Source: Candidatus Nealsonbacteria bacterium (GTDB taxonomy: Bacteria; Patescibacteriota; Minisyncoccia; Minisyncoccales; JANBVM01). Taken from it: a DNA stretch of 64,000 nt. Positions 8,825-17,900 of this stretch are shown here, in pieces. The stretch is taken from assembly GCA_047456315.1 (NCBI GenBank), contig CP179889.1, forward strand, positions 192,776-256,775, in the 5' to 3' direction. Position numbers and translations under genes: made by a program. The stretch's first letter is position 1. The number at the start of each line of letters is the position of its first letter. A model generated the notes under the pieces. The model made no database searches. It had not been told where the DNA came from and saw nothing but the letters and a program-made list of their open reading frames with translations.

Positions 8825-8878
8825 ATGAAAGGAAAAACAGTTTCAATAACAGGTTCGTTTCAGGGAATAGAAAAACAG
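8825..8878 (+). repeat. Copy A of a ~54-bp direct repeat (fabG 5' end)
   Basis: ATGAAAGGAAAAACAGTTTCAATAACAGGTTCGTTTCAGGGAATAG... versus 9421 ATGAAAGGAAAAACAGCTTTAATAACAGGTTCATCTCAGGGGATAG.... The first 16 nt are identical and only about 6 of the first ~47 nt are mismatches. Confidence 0.85.
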
Positions 8879-9421
8879 ATTATTCTAACTAAAAGCATTG
8901 TTCAAATTTTGGGCTTTGCTGTTTTAACTGGAATAAGTGCTGGATTAAAACTTGAAATAGGGGCTGTTCCAGTGACTGCCCAAACGCTGATTGTTTTATT
9001 GAGCGGGGCTTTATTAGGAAGCAAGAAGGGGGCTTTATCTCAATTTACTTATTTAGCCGGAGGACTGATTGGATTTCCTTGGTTTTCTCGCGGAGGAGGA
9101 ATGGTTTATATTATGAGCCCTACTTTTGGTTATATTTTAGGTTTTGTATTAGCATCTTATTTCACTGGTTTGTTATTTGAAAAGGGCTGGGATAAAGAAA
9201 TTAAAAAATCTGTCTTAGTATTGCTAATTGCAAGTTTTGCTATTTATATTCCTGGGCTTCTGTGGCTGGCAAGATTTATTGGATTTTCAAAAATTTTGAC
9301 AGTTGGCTTCTACCCTTTTGTTATAGGAGATATATTAAAGATATCTCTAGTTGCGCTAATTTTATCTTTCAGTTTAAAACAAAAAAAAGTGGAAAGTTTA
9401 AATAATTTAGAAATCAAATAA
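8825..9421 (+). CDS. bioY: Biotin transporter BioY
   Basis: 198-aa, 5-6-TM ORF with VPVTAQTLIVLLSGALLGSKKGALSQ...GGLIGFPWFSRGGG...PTFGYILGF, the classical BioY core. The first ~17 codons duplicate the fabG start (see findings). Confidence 0.8.
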   Translation: MKGKTVSITGSFQGIEKQIILTKSIVQILGFAVLTGISAGLKLEIGAVPVTAQTLIVLLSGALLGSKKGALSQFTYLAGGLIGFPWFSRGGGMVYIMSPTFGYILGFVLASYFTGLLFEKGWDKEIKKSVLVLLIASFAIYIPGLLWLARFIGFSKILTVGFYPFVIGDILKISLVALILSFSLKQKKVESLNNLEIK

Positions 9422-9474
9422 TGAAAGGAAAAACAGCTTTAATAACAGGTTCATCTCAGGGGATAGGAAAAGCA
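9421..9474 (+). repeat. Copy B of the ~54-bp direct repeat (authentic fabG start)
   Basis: See copy A. This copy encodes MKGKTALITGSSQGIGKA, an intact Rossmann TGxxxGIG motif. Confidence 0.85.
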
Positions 9475-10158
9475 ATTGCTATCAAGCTTGGCGTCTTAGG
9501 CGTAAACATTGCCTTAAATGATATTGCACCCCAAGAAGAGAGCTTAAAAGAATTAAAATCTCAGATTGAGGCTCAAGGAGTTAGAGTTCAGTATTTTTTA
9601 GCTGATGTTTCAAAGCTGGAAGAGACCCATAAAATGGCTGAAAAAATAAAACAAGAATTTGGAGGGTTAGATATTTTAGTCAACAATGCTGGAATAACAA
9701 AAGACAGAACGCTTCTGAAAATGACCAAAGATGAATGGCAAAGAGTGATTGACGTTGATTTAACAGGAGTATTTAATGTAACTAAATCATGCCTGCCTTT
9801 AATTATTGCCAGTAAAGGGAAGATAGTGAATATTTCTTCAGTAATAGGACAGCGTGGAAATTTTGGCCAGACAAACTACGGAGCTGCTAAGGCCGGAGTA
9901 ATTGGTTTTACAAAATCCTTAAGCAAAGAAGTTGGTAAATTCAATGTTAATGTTAATGCAATTACGCCTGGTTTTATTGAAACACGGCTGACAAATAAAG
10001 TCCCTCTTCAATTTAAACTAATGCTTAAAAAATTGACTGCTTTGGGAAGATTTGGAAAACCAGAGGAAGTAGCAGATTTGGTGGCATTTTTATGCTCAAA
10101 TGAAGCCAGTTTCATAACCGGAGCAGTAATTAATATTGATGGAGGGTTGTCAATTTAA
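9421..10158 (+). CDS. fabG: 3-oxoacyl-(acyl-carrier) reductase FabG (classical SDR)
   Basis: TGSSQGIGKA, NNAG, the S...YGAAK catalytic motif and the C-terminal FITGAVINIDGG. Confidence 0.85.
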   Translation: MKGKTALITGSSQGIGKAIAIKLGVLGVNIALNDIAPQEESLKELKSQIEAQGVRVQYFLADVSKLEETHKMAEKIKQEFGGLDILVNNAGITKDRTLLKMTKDEWQRVIDVDLTGVFNVTKSCLPLIIASKGKIVNISSVIGQRGNFGQTNYGAAKAGVIGFTKSLSKEVGKFNVNVNAITPGFIETRLTNKVPLQFKLMLKKLTALGRFGKPEEVADLVAFLCSNEASFITGAVINIDGGLSI

Positions 10159-11648
10159 TGATGAAAAAAAACCAAATTAAAAAAATTATTCCTTATGATG
10201 AACCCTTTTTATGGGTTGATGAGATAGAAAGCATTTCAGCAAGAACTATTGTTGGTTATAAGGATACGTCAAAGAATGACCCTCACTTCAAGGGGCACTT
10301 TGTTGGGTTTCCAATTATGCCAGGAGTATTGGTTATTGAAGGAATAGCCCAAACAGCAACAATTCTTTTACGTACAAAGATTGGTTCTTCCCATAAGAAT
10401 AAGCACATGTTGGCATATCAGGTCAGAAGCGCTTTTTTTTATGAGCCCATTTTTCCTGAGCAAAAGATAAAGTATAAAGTCCAGCTTTTGGGTTTTTATG
10501 GCGATAAACTTGCTAATTTTAAAGGAGAGGCCTTTGTTGATGATAAAAGAAAGTGTGAAGTAAGATTTAGCATTGCAATTGTAGATAAAGATGATTTTAA
10601 AAAAAAGTTCTTGGAAAAACACAGCAGGCCTGTTCCTCAAACCAAACTCCCTCCTTTAAAAATTGGAAATCTTTTTACTAAAATTCCAATAATTCAAGGA
10701 GGTATGGCAGTAAGAGTGTCTCTTCATAATTTAGCTGGTAATGTGGCAAAAAATGGAGCAGTAGGTATTATTGCTGTTTCAGGAATGAATGATCCGAATG
10801 AAGTTAAATCAGAAATTAGAAAAGCCAGAAAAATTGCCGGATCAAATGGATTAATTGGAATCAATATTATGGGTGTGATAGGTCGTTTTACTGAACTGCT
10901 TGAGGCAGCCATGGAAGAGAAAATTGATTTAGTTATTCAGGGAGCAGGATTCAGAACAGATATCTTTGAAATGGGCAGGAAATATAATATTCCAATATTC
11001 TCAATGGCTTCATCTGTTAAGGTTGCTAAAAAGGGTGAAGCAATGGGAGCTGTGGCAGTGGTGGTTGAGGGAAAAGATGCTGGAGGCCATCTGGGGTTTC
11101 CAAAAGGCCATGCTTTTAGGAAAACCATTGACATTCTTAAAGACGTGGTAAAAGAAGTAAAAATACCAATAATTGCTGCTGGAGGAATATTCGATGGAAA
11201 AGATATTGTAGAAATGTTGAGAGCAGGTGCAAAAGGGGTTCAAATGGCAACAAGGTTTGTAACGACAAAAGAATGTGATGTCCATGACAATTTCAAGCAA
11301 GCTCACTTAAAAGCTAAGAAAGAGGATGTTGTAATAATTCATTCTCCTGTTGGGCTGCCTGGCAGAGCAATCAAGAATTCTTTTGTCAAAAAAATCCTGG
11401 AAGGCAAAGCCCCGAAACCAGACCCTTTAAAATGCCAGGGATGCATAGGAATGGCCTGTGATAAGAGCTATTGTATTTTAGATGCTTTAGAAAAAGCCAG
11501 AAAAGGAGATATAGAGAACGGGCTTATCTTTGCTGGTTCAAACGTCTGGAGAGTTAATAAAATAACCACTGTCAAAAAACTGCTTGAAGAATTGGTCGAA
11601 GAAGCAAATGAAATTTTAAAGAATAAACCTTTATTAATTAATGACTGA
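10158..11648 (+). CDS. Fusion of a FabZ-type beta-hydroxyacyl dehydratase and an FMN-dependent enoyl reductase (FabK / nitronate-monooxygenase family)
   Basis: aa ~10-150 carry the hotdog-fold FabZ motifs PYDEPFLWVDE and PHFKGHFVGFPIMPGVLVIEGIAQ. aa ~175-496 form a TIM-barrel NMO/FabK-like domain (PIIQGGMAVRVS, VVVEGKDAGGH, IIAAGGIFDG, GVQMATRF). Confidence 0.75.
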   Translation: MMKKNQIKKIIPYDEPFLWVDEIESISARTIVGYKDTSKNDPHFKGHFVGFPIMPGVLVIEGIAQTATILLRTKIGSSHKNKHMLAYQVRSAFFYEPIFPEQKIKYKVQLLGFYGDKLANFKGEAFVDDKRKCEVRFSIAIVDKDDFKKKFLEKHSRPVPQTKLPPLKIGNLFTKIPIIQGGMAVRVSLHNLAGNVAKNGAVGIIAVSGMNDPNEVKSEIRKARKIAGSNGLIGINIMGVIGRFTELLEAAMEEKIDLVIQGAGFRTDIFEMGRKYNIPIFSMASSVKVAKKGEAMGAVAVVVEGKDAGGHLGFPKGHAFRKTIDILKDVVKEVKIPIIAAGGIFDGKDIVEMLRAGAKGVQMATRFVTTKECDVHDNFKQAHLKAKKEDVVIIHSPVGLPGRAIKNSFVKKILEGKAPKPDPLKCQGCIGMACDKSYCILDALEKARKGDIENGLIFAGSNVWRVNKITTVKKLLEELVEEANEILKNKPLLIND

Positions 11649-12585
11649 TTATATGCTTGGCTCTAAATTAACTAAATTATTAGGAATTAAATACCCGATA
11701 ATTCAGGGGGCAATGGCTGGAATATCAGATTCTGTGTTAGTTTCAGCTGTTTCAAACGCCGGGGGATTAGGAGTTATTGGCGCTGGTTTTTTATCTGCTC
11801 AGTGGCTGGAGGAAGAGATTGACAAGACTAAAAAATTAACTGATAAACCTTTTGCAGTTAATTTAATGCTCCAGAATTCAAACATACCAAAACTGATAGA
11901 AATAATAATTGAAAAGAAGGTGCCTATTATTTCAACTGGAGGAGGAAATCCCCTGCCTTTAATCCCGCATTTAAAAAGAGCAGGAATTAAAATTATGACT
12001 GTGGTTGCATTAACAAGATTAGCCAAGAAAATGAAAGAAAGCGATGTTGATGTTATTGTGGTGGAAGGAATGGAATCAGGCGGTCATATTGGCAAGAAAA
12101 CAACGCTTAGCTTGGTGCCTCAGGCAAAGAAAGTACTGGAGAATACTCCTTTGGTTGCAGCTGGAGGTATTTATGATGGAAAAACAGCAGCAGCAATGTT
12201 TGTGTTGGGAGCTGATGGAGTTCAGATGGGGACCAGATTTTTAGCAAGCAAAGAGTGTGATATTAATAAGGATTATAAAGCTGCGATATTAAATGCAACT
12301 GATGAAGATATAATTACAGTGGGAGAATTTACTGGTCATCCAGTAAGATTAATAAAAAATGAATTAACTGAAAAAGTTAAGAAATTAGAGGAAAAAAATC
12401 CTTTTCCTGAAGAAGTGAGAGCTGATGCTTATTCTTCTTCAAAATTATTAAATACTGATATTAATCAGGCTCCTCTTCTGGCCGGGCTCTGTGCCGGAGA
12501 CATTAAAGAGATTAAAACCTGTAAAGAGATTATAGAAGAAACAATAAAGGAAGCTGAAAAGATTCTAAGAGGGACAAGGTTATAA
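11641..12585 (+). CDS. fabK: Enoyl-(acyl-carrier) reductase II FabK (NMO family)
   Basis: IKYPIIQGAMAGISDSVLVSAVSNAGGLGVIGAG, VVEGMESGGHIG, AAGGIYDG and GVQMGTRF. Confidence 0.8.
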   Translation: MTDYMLGSKLTKLLGIKYPIIQGAMAGISDSVLVSAVSNAGGLGVIGAGFLSAQWLEEEIDKTKKLTDKPFAVNLMLQNSNIPKLIEIIIEKKVPIISTGGGNPLPLIPHLKRAGIKIMTVVALTRLAKKMKESDVDVIVVEGMESGGHIGKKTTLSLVPQAKKVLENTPLVAAGGIYDGKTAAAMFVLGADGVQMGTRFLASKECDINKDYKAAILNATDEDIITVGEFTGHPVRLIKNELTEKVKKLEEKNPFPEEVRADAYSSSKLLNTDINQAPLLAGLCAGDIKEIKTCKEIIEETIKEAEKILRGTRL

Positions 12586-12598
12586 CAGACAAATTATA

Positions 12599-13279
12599 AT
12601 GAACAGACTAGTTTCTTGGTTTTGTAAAATTTTTATTGCTCCAATTGTTAAACTTCTTTTTATTAAAAGAGTTAAAGGATGGGAAAACATTCCCAAAACG
12701 AACTTTATTTTAGCATCAAATCATGAAAGCCATCTGGATTGGATAATTGATGGCTATATTTGTGTTCCCAGGAGATTTCATTTTATTGGCCAGACCGACC
12801 AGTATGGCGGATTAATAAAACTATCTCTCTATGTTATGTACTTTCTTGCTGGAGTCATTCGCTTGAACAGAAAAAGTAAAGAATCAAAGAAAAAAATGTT
12901 CGAAGAAGCAATTAAAAGCTTAAAGATGGGAGATTGTTTAATAATTTATCCAGAAGGAACAAGAACCAGAACTGGCCGGATAGGAAAGGGAAGATATGGA
13001 GTAGCTAGGATGGTTTTAGAATCAGGAAAGCCGATCTTGCCAATGGCAATTAAAGGAACTTTTGAGCTTCTCCCTCCGAAAAGCAGACCTAAAGCAAATA
13101 AGATAAAAAGAATTGTTGAAATTAATATTGGTAAACCTCTTTATTTTAATAATGAATACGAAAAAGCAAAAAGCCTTGATAATGATTCAGAGCAATATAA
13201 GTTATTGCTTTCTGAGATTACCAGTAAAATGATGGATAAGATTATTTTTTTAAGATCAGAACTAGATTCAGGAAAATGA
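12599..13279 (+). CDS. plsC: 1-acyl-sn-glycerol-3-phosphate acyltransferase (PlsC family)
   Basis: NHESHLDW (the H-x4-D motif) and IYPEGTRTRTG. Confidence 0.75.
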   Translation: MNRLVSWFCKIFIAPIVKLLFIKRVKGWENIPKTNFILASNHESHLDWIIDGYICVPRRFHFIGQTDQYGGLIKLSLYVMYFLAGVIRLNRKSKESKKKMFEEAIKSLKMGDCLIIYPEGTRTRTGRIGKGRYGVARMVLESGKPILPMAIKGTFELLPPKSRPKANKIKRIVEINIGKPLYFNNEYEKAKSLDNDSEQYKLLLSEITSKMMDKIIFLRSELDSGK

Positions 13280-13917
13280 AAACAAGTTTTATTTATTTCT
13301 GTAAATATATATCTTCTCCTATTATTGAAAGGTTTTTTTTGGAAAAAATAGAAGGAAAAGAAAATATTCCCAGCACTAATTTTATTCTTGCTCCAAATCA
13401 TCTTGACGGAAAAGATCACTGGCTTCTTATGGTTTTATTGAAAGAGAGATTGAAAAATGTTCGTTTTGTTGGAGCAATGGACAGTTTAAAAACCTTGTTT
13501 ATGTCAACAATGCTTTATTATTTTGCAAATACAATCAAGGTAAACAGAAGAACAGTAAACAGAGAGATTTTTTTAACCAAGCTGGCTAAAAGCGTGAAAG
13601 AAAATAAAATTATAGTTATTTATCCTGAAGGCGACAGTAATAATAAAAAATATCTTTTAAAAGGTAAAACAGGTATAGCAGAATTAACTCTTAGAACAGG
13701 CATTCCAGTCGTTCCAGTAGGAATAAGGGCAGTTAATAATTCCTTTAAAAGAATAATAACAGTAGGCAGGCCACTTGACTATTTGAAAGAAAGAGAGATG
13801 ATGAAAAAGGTTAAAGACAATCATCAGGAATACAGCTTACTGCTGCGAAAAATAACAGATGATATAATGCAGAAAATATCTAAATTATCTCAAAAACCCT
13901 ATCAATATGCAGATTAA
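13276..13917 (+). CDS. Second PlsC-family lysophospholipid acyltransferase (divergent)
   Basis: Paralogous layout with PNHLDGKDHW and IYPEGDSNN. The catalytic block is less canonical. Confidence 0.55.
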   Translation: MKTSFIYFCKYISSPIIERFFLEKIEGKENIPSTNFILAPNHLDGKDHWLLMVLLKERLKNVRFVGAMDSLKTLFMSTMLYYFANTIKVNRRTVNREIFLTKLAKSVKENKIIVIYPEGDSNNKKYLLKGKTGIAELTLRTGIPVVPVGIRAVNNSFKRIITVGRPLDYLKEREMMKKVKDNHQEYSLLLRKITDDIMQKISKLSQKPYQYAD

Positions 13918-15439
13918 AAAGATTCTTATTGCCAACAGAGGCGAAATTGCTCTTAGAATAATCAGAACCTGCCAGGACATGGGAATTAAGACCGTGGCTC
14001 TTTGTCCCTTTAAAGGAGAAGAGTCAAATTTTCTTGAAACAAGACTGGCGGATGAGTATTATTTCCTAGAGAAAGAAGGCTCTTCTGGTTATCTGGACCA
14101 GAAGAGAATAATTGAAATTGCTAAAAAAGCTAAAGTTGATGCCATTCATCCTGGTTATGGTTTTCTGGCTGAAAACTGGAAATTTGCCAGGTCTGTTGAA
14201 AAAAATAAAATTAAGTTTATCGGGCCCCACTTTAAAACTTTAAAAAAGCTGGAAGACAAGATTGAGGCAAAAAAAGTTGCCAGAAAAGTAGGAATCCCAA
14301 CACTGCCAGCAAGCAAGGGCTCCATTAAAACCAAGAGTGATTTAGTGAAGTGGGTTTTGAAAATCAAACCTCCGTTTATTTTAAAGGCCAGGAAAGGAGG
14401 CGGAGGTATTGGCATCAGAGTTATTGGCTCTAAGATTGATTTTGGAGATATCTTTTCAATTTCTGCTGGGATAAAAAGGCAGATGGCAAAGTCCTTTTCT
14501 GATACTGATTTCTTTCTTGAAAAACACTTATCCCATGCAAAACACATTGAGTTTCAGATTCTGGGAGACGGGAAAAACGTTGTTCATCTCGGAGAAAGAG
14601 AATGCACAATTCAAAGAAGGTTCCAGAAACTGCTTGAAGAAGCTCCTTCTCCTTCCCTAGATGTTCAAACAAGAGAAGAAATGGCTAACTTGGCAGTTAA
14701 GATTGCAAAAGAGTTAAAGTATAAAGGAGCAGGCACTGTTGAGTTTTTAATAGATAAAAACAAAGATTTTTATTTCTTGGAAGTTAATCCAAGAATTCAG
14801 GTAGAGCATCCTGTCACAGAAGCAATAACAAAAATAGATATTGTTGAGCAGCAGATGAGAATTGCCCAGGATCAACCGCTTCTATTTTCTCAGGATGACA
14901 TTACATTTGATGGCTGGGCCATTGAGGCAAGGATTAATGCTGAAGATCCTAAGAAGAACTTCAGGCCTAATCCTGGTATGATATCAAAATATATTGCTCC
15001 TGGGGGCAAGGGCATTTTTGTTCATAGTTTTATTCATTCAGAGCAAGAAATCTATCCCTATTTTGATTCTTTGCTGGCTAAAGTGATTGCTTATAATAAA
15101 ACAAGAGAAGGAGCAATTAAAAGATTAAAGAATGCGCTGGAAGAGATTGTTATTGAAGGAGTGCCAACAACTATTCCCTTTTTCAAGGTGCTTTTAAAGG
15201 ATAAAAGTTTTTTGAGGGGTGATTTTACAACCAATTTTATTGAAGAAAGCAATATTTTAAAGAGATTGCTGCCTCAGCCGTCACGCAAAGAAGTAATTAA
15301 AACCAAGCCAGTTAATGAAAGAGAAATTGCCCAGCTTGTGTTCCAGACATATCAAGCGATTAAAAAAACTCAGGAAGAATCAGATAAACCGCTTGTCTCA
15401 AATTGGTTGATGGCTGAAAGATTAAAAATGTTTGAATAG
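13907..15439 (+). CDS. accC: Biotin carboxylase subunit of an acyl-CoA carboxylase
   Basis: KILIANRGEIALRIIRT, the HPGYGFLAEN motif, ATP-grasp KARKGGGGIGIRV, and EVNPRIQVEHPVTE. Confidence 0.9.
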   Translation: MQIKKILIANRGEIALRIIRTCQDMGIKTVALCPFKGEESNFLETRLADEYYFLEKEGSSGYLDQKRIIEIAKKAKVDAIHPGYGFLAENWKFARSVEKNKIKFIGPHFKTLKKLEDKIEAKKVARKVGIPTLPASKGSIKTKSDLVKWVLKIKPPFILKARKGGGGIGIRVIGSKIDFGDIFSISAGIKRQMAKSFSDTDFFLEKHLSHAKHIEFQILGDGKNVVHLGERECTIQRRFQKLLEEAPSPSLDVQTREEMANLAVKIAKELKYKGAGTVEFLIDKNKDFYFLEVNPRIQVEHPVTEAITKIDIVEQQMRIAQDQPLLFSQDDITFDGWAIEARINAEDPKKNFRPNPGMISKYIAPGGKGIFVHSFIHSEQEIYPYFDSLLAKVIAYNKTREGAIKRLKNALEEIVIEGVPTTIPFFKVLLKDKSFLRGDFTTNFIEESNILKRLLPQPSRKEVIKTKPVNEREIAQLVFQTYQAIKKTQEESDKPLVSNWLMAERLKMFE

Positions 15440-15442
15440 TTT

Positions 15443-15826
15443 ATGGATAAAATAAAATTAAACATAAATAACAAGGAGTATGAAGTTGAAATTCTCAAGG
15501 ACAATACAGATAAAATCAAAGTCAGGGTAAATGATAAAGATTTTATCTTTGAGGAAGAAAAGAAAGAACAGATATCAGTTGCGAAAACAAGCCTGCCAAA
15601 AAGGGATTTCTCAAAAAAAGAAATAACAGCTCCGATTACCGGGGAAATCTCAGACATTTTCATAAAAAAAGGGGATTTCATTAAAAAAGACAAGAAAATA
15701 ATCCTTTTATCTGCAATGAAAATGGAAAATGAAATAATAACTGAATTTGAAGGCAGGGTGAAAAAAGTTTTAGTTGATAAAGACCAAAAAGTAAATAAAG
15801 GCGATATTTTAGCAATTTTAGAATAA
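15443..15826 (+). CDS. Biotin carboxyl carrier protein (biotinyl domain)
   Basis: 127 aa with the C-terminal biotinyl domain ITAPITGEI...LSAMKMENEI (A-M-K-M biotinylation motif). Confidence 0.8.
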   Translation: MDKIKLNINNKEYEVEILKDNTDKIKVRVNDKDFIFEEEKKEQISVAKTSLPKRDFSKKEITAPITGEISDIFIKKGDFIKKDKKIILLSAMKMENEIITEFEGRVKKVLVDKDQKVNKGDILAILE

Positions 15827-16344
15827 TGAAAATAAAAAGATTTAAAAAAGTTTCATCAACAAGCGCTCTGGCAAAAAAAGAAAAGGCCAACCCCTGGCTG
15901 GTTTTATGGGCTGAAGAACAAAGTTCTGGTTATGGAAGGGGGAAAAATTATTGGTTTTCCCCAAAAGGAGGATTGTACTTTTCTGTGATTTTGCCAAAAA
16001 CAGATATTGACGACTTGCAAACCCTAACTATTTTAGCTGCTTTTATTGTGGCTAAAATAATTAAAGATAATTTTTCTCTAGAGTGTTTTATTAAGCTGCC
16101 AAATGATGTATATGTTAACAATAAAAAGATTGCTGGCGTGTTAACTGAAAACGTGCTGTCAAACGATGTTAAATTCTCAATAATGGGAATTGGCCTTAAT
16201 ACAAATATTGACAAGTTTCCTGGTGATTTGGAAAATACCGCCACATCACTTAAAATAGAGTTGGATAAAGATATAGATAATGAAAAGATTTTAAAGCAGA
16301 TTGTTAACGGACTAAAAGAGCAATTAAAAACTATCAGTCAATAA
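15826..16344 (+). CDS. birA: Biotin--protein ligase, minimal form (catalytic domain only)
   Basis: 172 aa. EEQSSGYGRGKNYWFSPKGGLYFSV matches the GRGRxGRxWxSPxGxLYxS biotin-binding loop, and KLPNDVYVNNKKIAGVL matches KWPNDi...KiaGIL. There is no HTH, and a C-terminal cap domain appears absent. Confidence 0.7.
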   Translation: MKIKRFKKVSSTSALAKKEKANPWLVLWAEEQSSGYGRGKNYWFSPKGGLYFSVILPKTDIDDLQTLTILAAFIVAKIIKDNFSLECFIKLPNDVYVNNKKIAGVLTENVLSNDVKFSIMGIGLNTNIDKFPGDLENTATSLKIELDKDIDNEKILKQIVNGLKEQLKTISQ

Positions 16345-16349
16345 TATTT

Positions 16350-17900
16350 ATGTTTTTTAAAAAAGACATTGAAAAACTGAATAAAAAGCTAAAGGAGCTG
16401 AACAATAAAGAGTTAATTGAAAATCAGCATCAAAAAGGGAAATTAACTGCCAGAGAAAGGATAGAGCTTCTTTTGGACACAAACAGCTTTACAGAGTTTG
16501 ATTCTTTTGTTGAAAGTCGCTTCAGTAATTTAGGAATGAGTAAAAAGAAATTCCCAGGTGACGCAGTTATTACTGGCTTTGGAAGAGTTAATAACCGTCA
16601 AGTATATGTTTTTAGCCAGGATTTTTCTAAGATCGGAGGTTCTTTAGGTGAAATGCATGGCAAAAAAATAGTTAAAGTAATTAACCTGGCTCAGAAAACA
16701 GGCTGTCCTGTAATTAGCATCATTGATTCTGGCGGAGCTAGAATTCAGGAAGGCATATCAAGTTTGGATGGTTACGCAGCAATTTTCAGGTCTATGATTA
16801 AATGTTCTGGTGTGGTTCCTCAGATTTCTGTAATTGTAGGGCCTTCTGCTGGCGGAGCTTGTTATACGCCAGGGCTTTCAGACTTTATCTTCATGGTTAA
16901 TGGAATTTCACAGATGTATATCACAGGACCCCAGGTCATTAAAAAAGTAACAGGAGAAACTATTTCTTTTGAAGATTTAGGAGGAGCGTCAGTGCATGCT
17001 TCAAAAAGCGGATGCGCACATTTTGTATATGATAATGAAAAAGATTGTTTTTTGGCAGTTAAGAAGCTGCTGTCTTATCTTCCCTCTAATAACCTTCAAA
17101 ATCCTCCACAGGAAAGAAGTCTTTTGGCTGAGTTTTTTGAAAAAGAAGAAAGCTTAAAGCTTCTTGATATAGTTCCTGAGAAAGAAGAAAAAAGCTATGA
17201 CATGAAAGCTGTGATTAAAGAGGTTTTTGATAAAGGAACATTTTTTGAGGTTCAAGAGGTCTTTGCAACAAATTCAATTGTGGGCTTTGGAAAGTTAGCT
17301 GGTTTTGTTGTGGCAATAGTGGCAAATCAGACAAAACACATGGCTGGCACTCTGGATGTTGATTCTTCTGACAAGATTGCCCGTTTTGTCAGATTTGCTG
17401 ATGCTTTCAATATTCCTTTAATTAATTTAGTTGATACTCCAGGATATCTTCCTGGCGCCAGTCAAGAAGCAAAAGGCATAATACGACATGGAGCAAAGAT
17501 TCTTTATGCTTTTTCTGAGGCCACTGTTCCTAAAATTAGCTTAATTTTAAGAAAAGCATATGGGGGCGCATATATCGCGCTTTGCTCACGTGAACTTGGC
17601 TATGACAAGGTTATTGCCTGGCCGTCAGCTCAGATTGCTGTTATGGGTCCTGATCAAGCAGTAAAGATTATTTTTAAAAAAGATTTGGCTAAAAGCAAGA
17701 ATCCTCAAAAACTAGAAAAAGAAAAAATAGAAGAGTTAAAAAGAGCCTTTTTAGATCCCTACCAGGCAGCCAAGCTTGGCCAGGTTGATATGATAATTAA
17801 TCCCAAAGACACAAGAATAGTTTTAATCAAGTGCTTAAAATCACTCTTAAATAAACGAGAGAGTAAAGTGCCAAGAAAACACGGAAATATTCCTTTATGA
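16350..17900 (+). CDS. Acyl-CoA carboxylase carboxyltransferase subunit (fused beta/alpha, PccB/AccD5-like)
   Basis: 516 aa. QHQKGKLTARERIELLLD, DSGGARIQEG, AGGACYTPG and the second-half motifs DTPGYLPG and RKAYGGAY. Confidence 0.85.
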   Translation: MFFKKDIEKLNKKLKELNNKELIENQHQKGKLTARERIELLLDTNSFTEFDSFVESRFSNLGMSKKKFPGDAVITGFGRVNNRQVYVFSQDFSKIGGSLGEMHGKKIVKVINLAQKTGCPVISIIDSGGARIQEGISSLDGYAAIFRSMIKCSGVVPQISVIVGPSAGGACYTPGLSDFIFMVNGISQMYITGPQVIKKVTGETISFEDLGGASVHASKSGCAHFVYDNEKDCFLAVKKLLSYLPSNNLQNPPQERSLLAEFFEKEESLKLLDIVPEKEEKSYDMKAVIKEVFDKGTFFEVQEVFATNSIVGFGKLAGFVVAIVANQTKHMAGTLDVDSSDKIARFVRFADAFNIPLINLVDTPGYLPGASQEAKGIIRHGAKILYAFSEATVPKISLILRKAYGGAYIALCSRELGYDKVIAWPSAQIAVMGPDQAVKIIFKKDLAKSKNPQKLEKEKIEELKRAFLDPYQAAKLGQVDMIINPKDTRIVLIKCLKSLLNKRESKVPRKHGNIPL

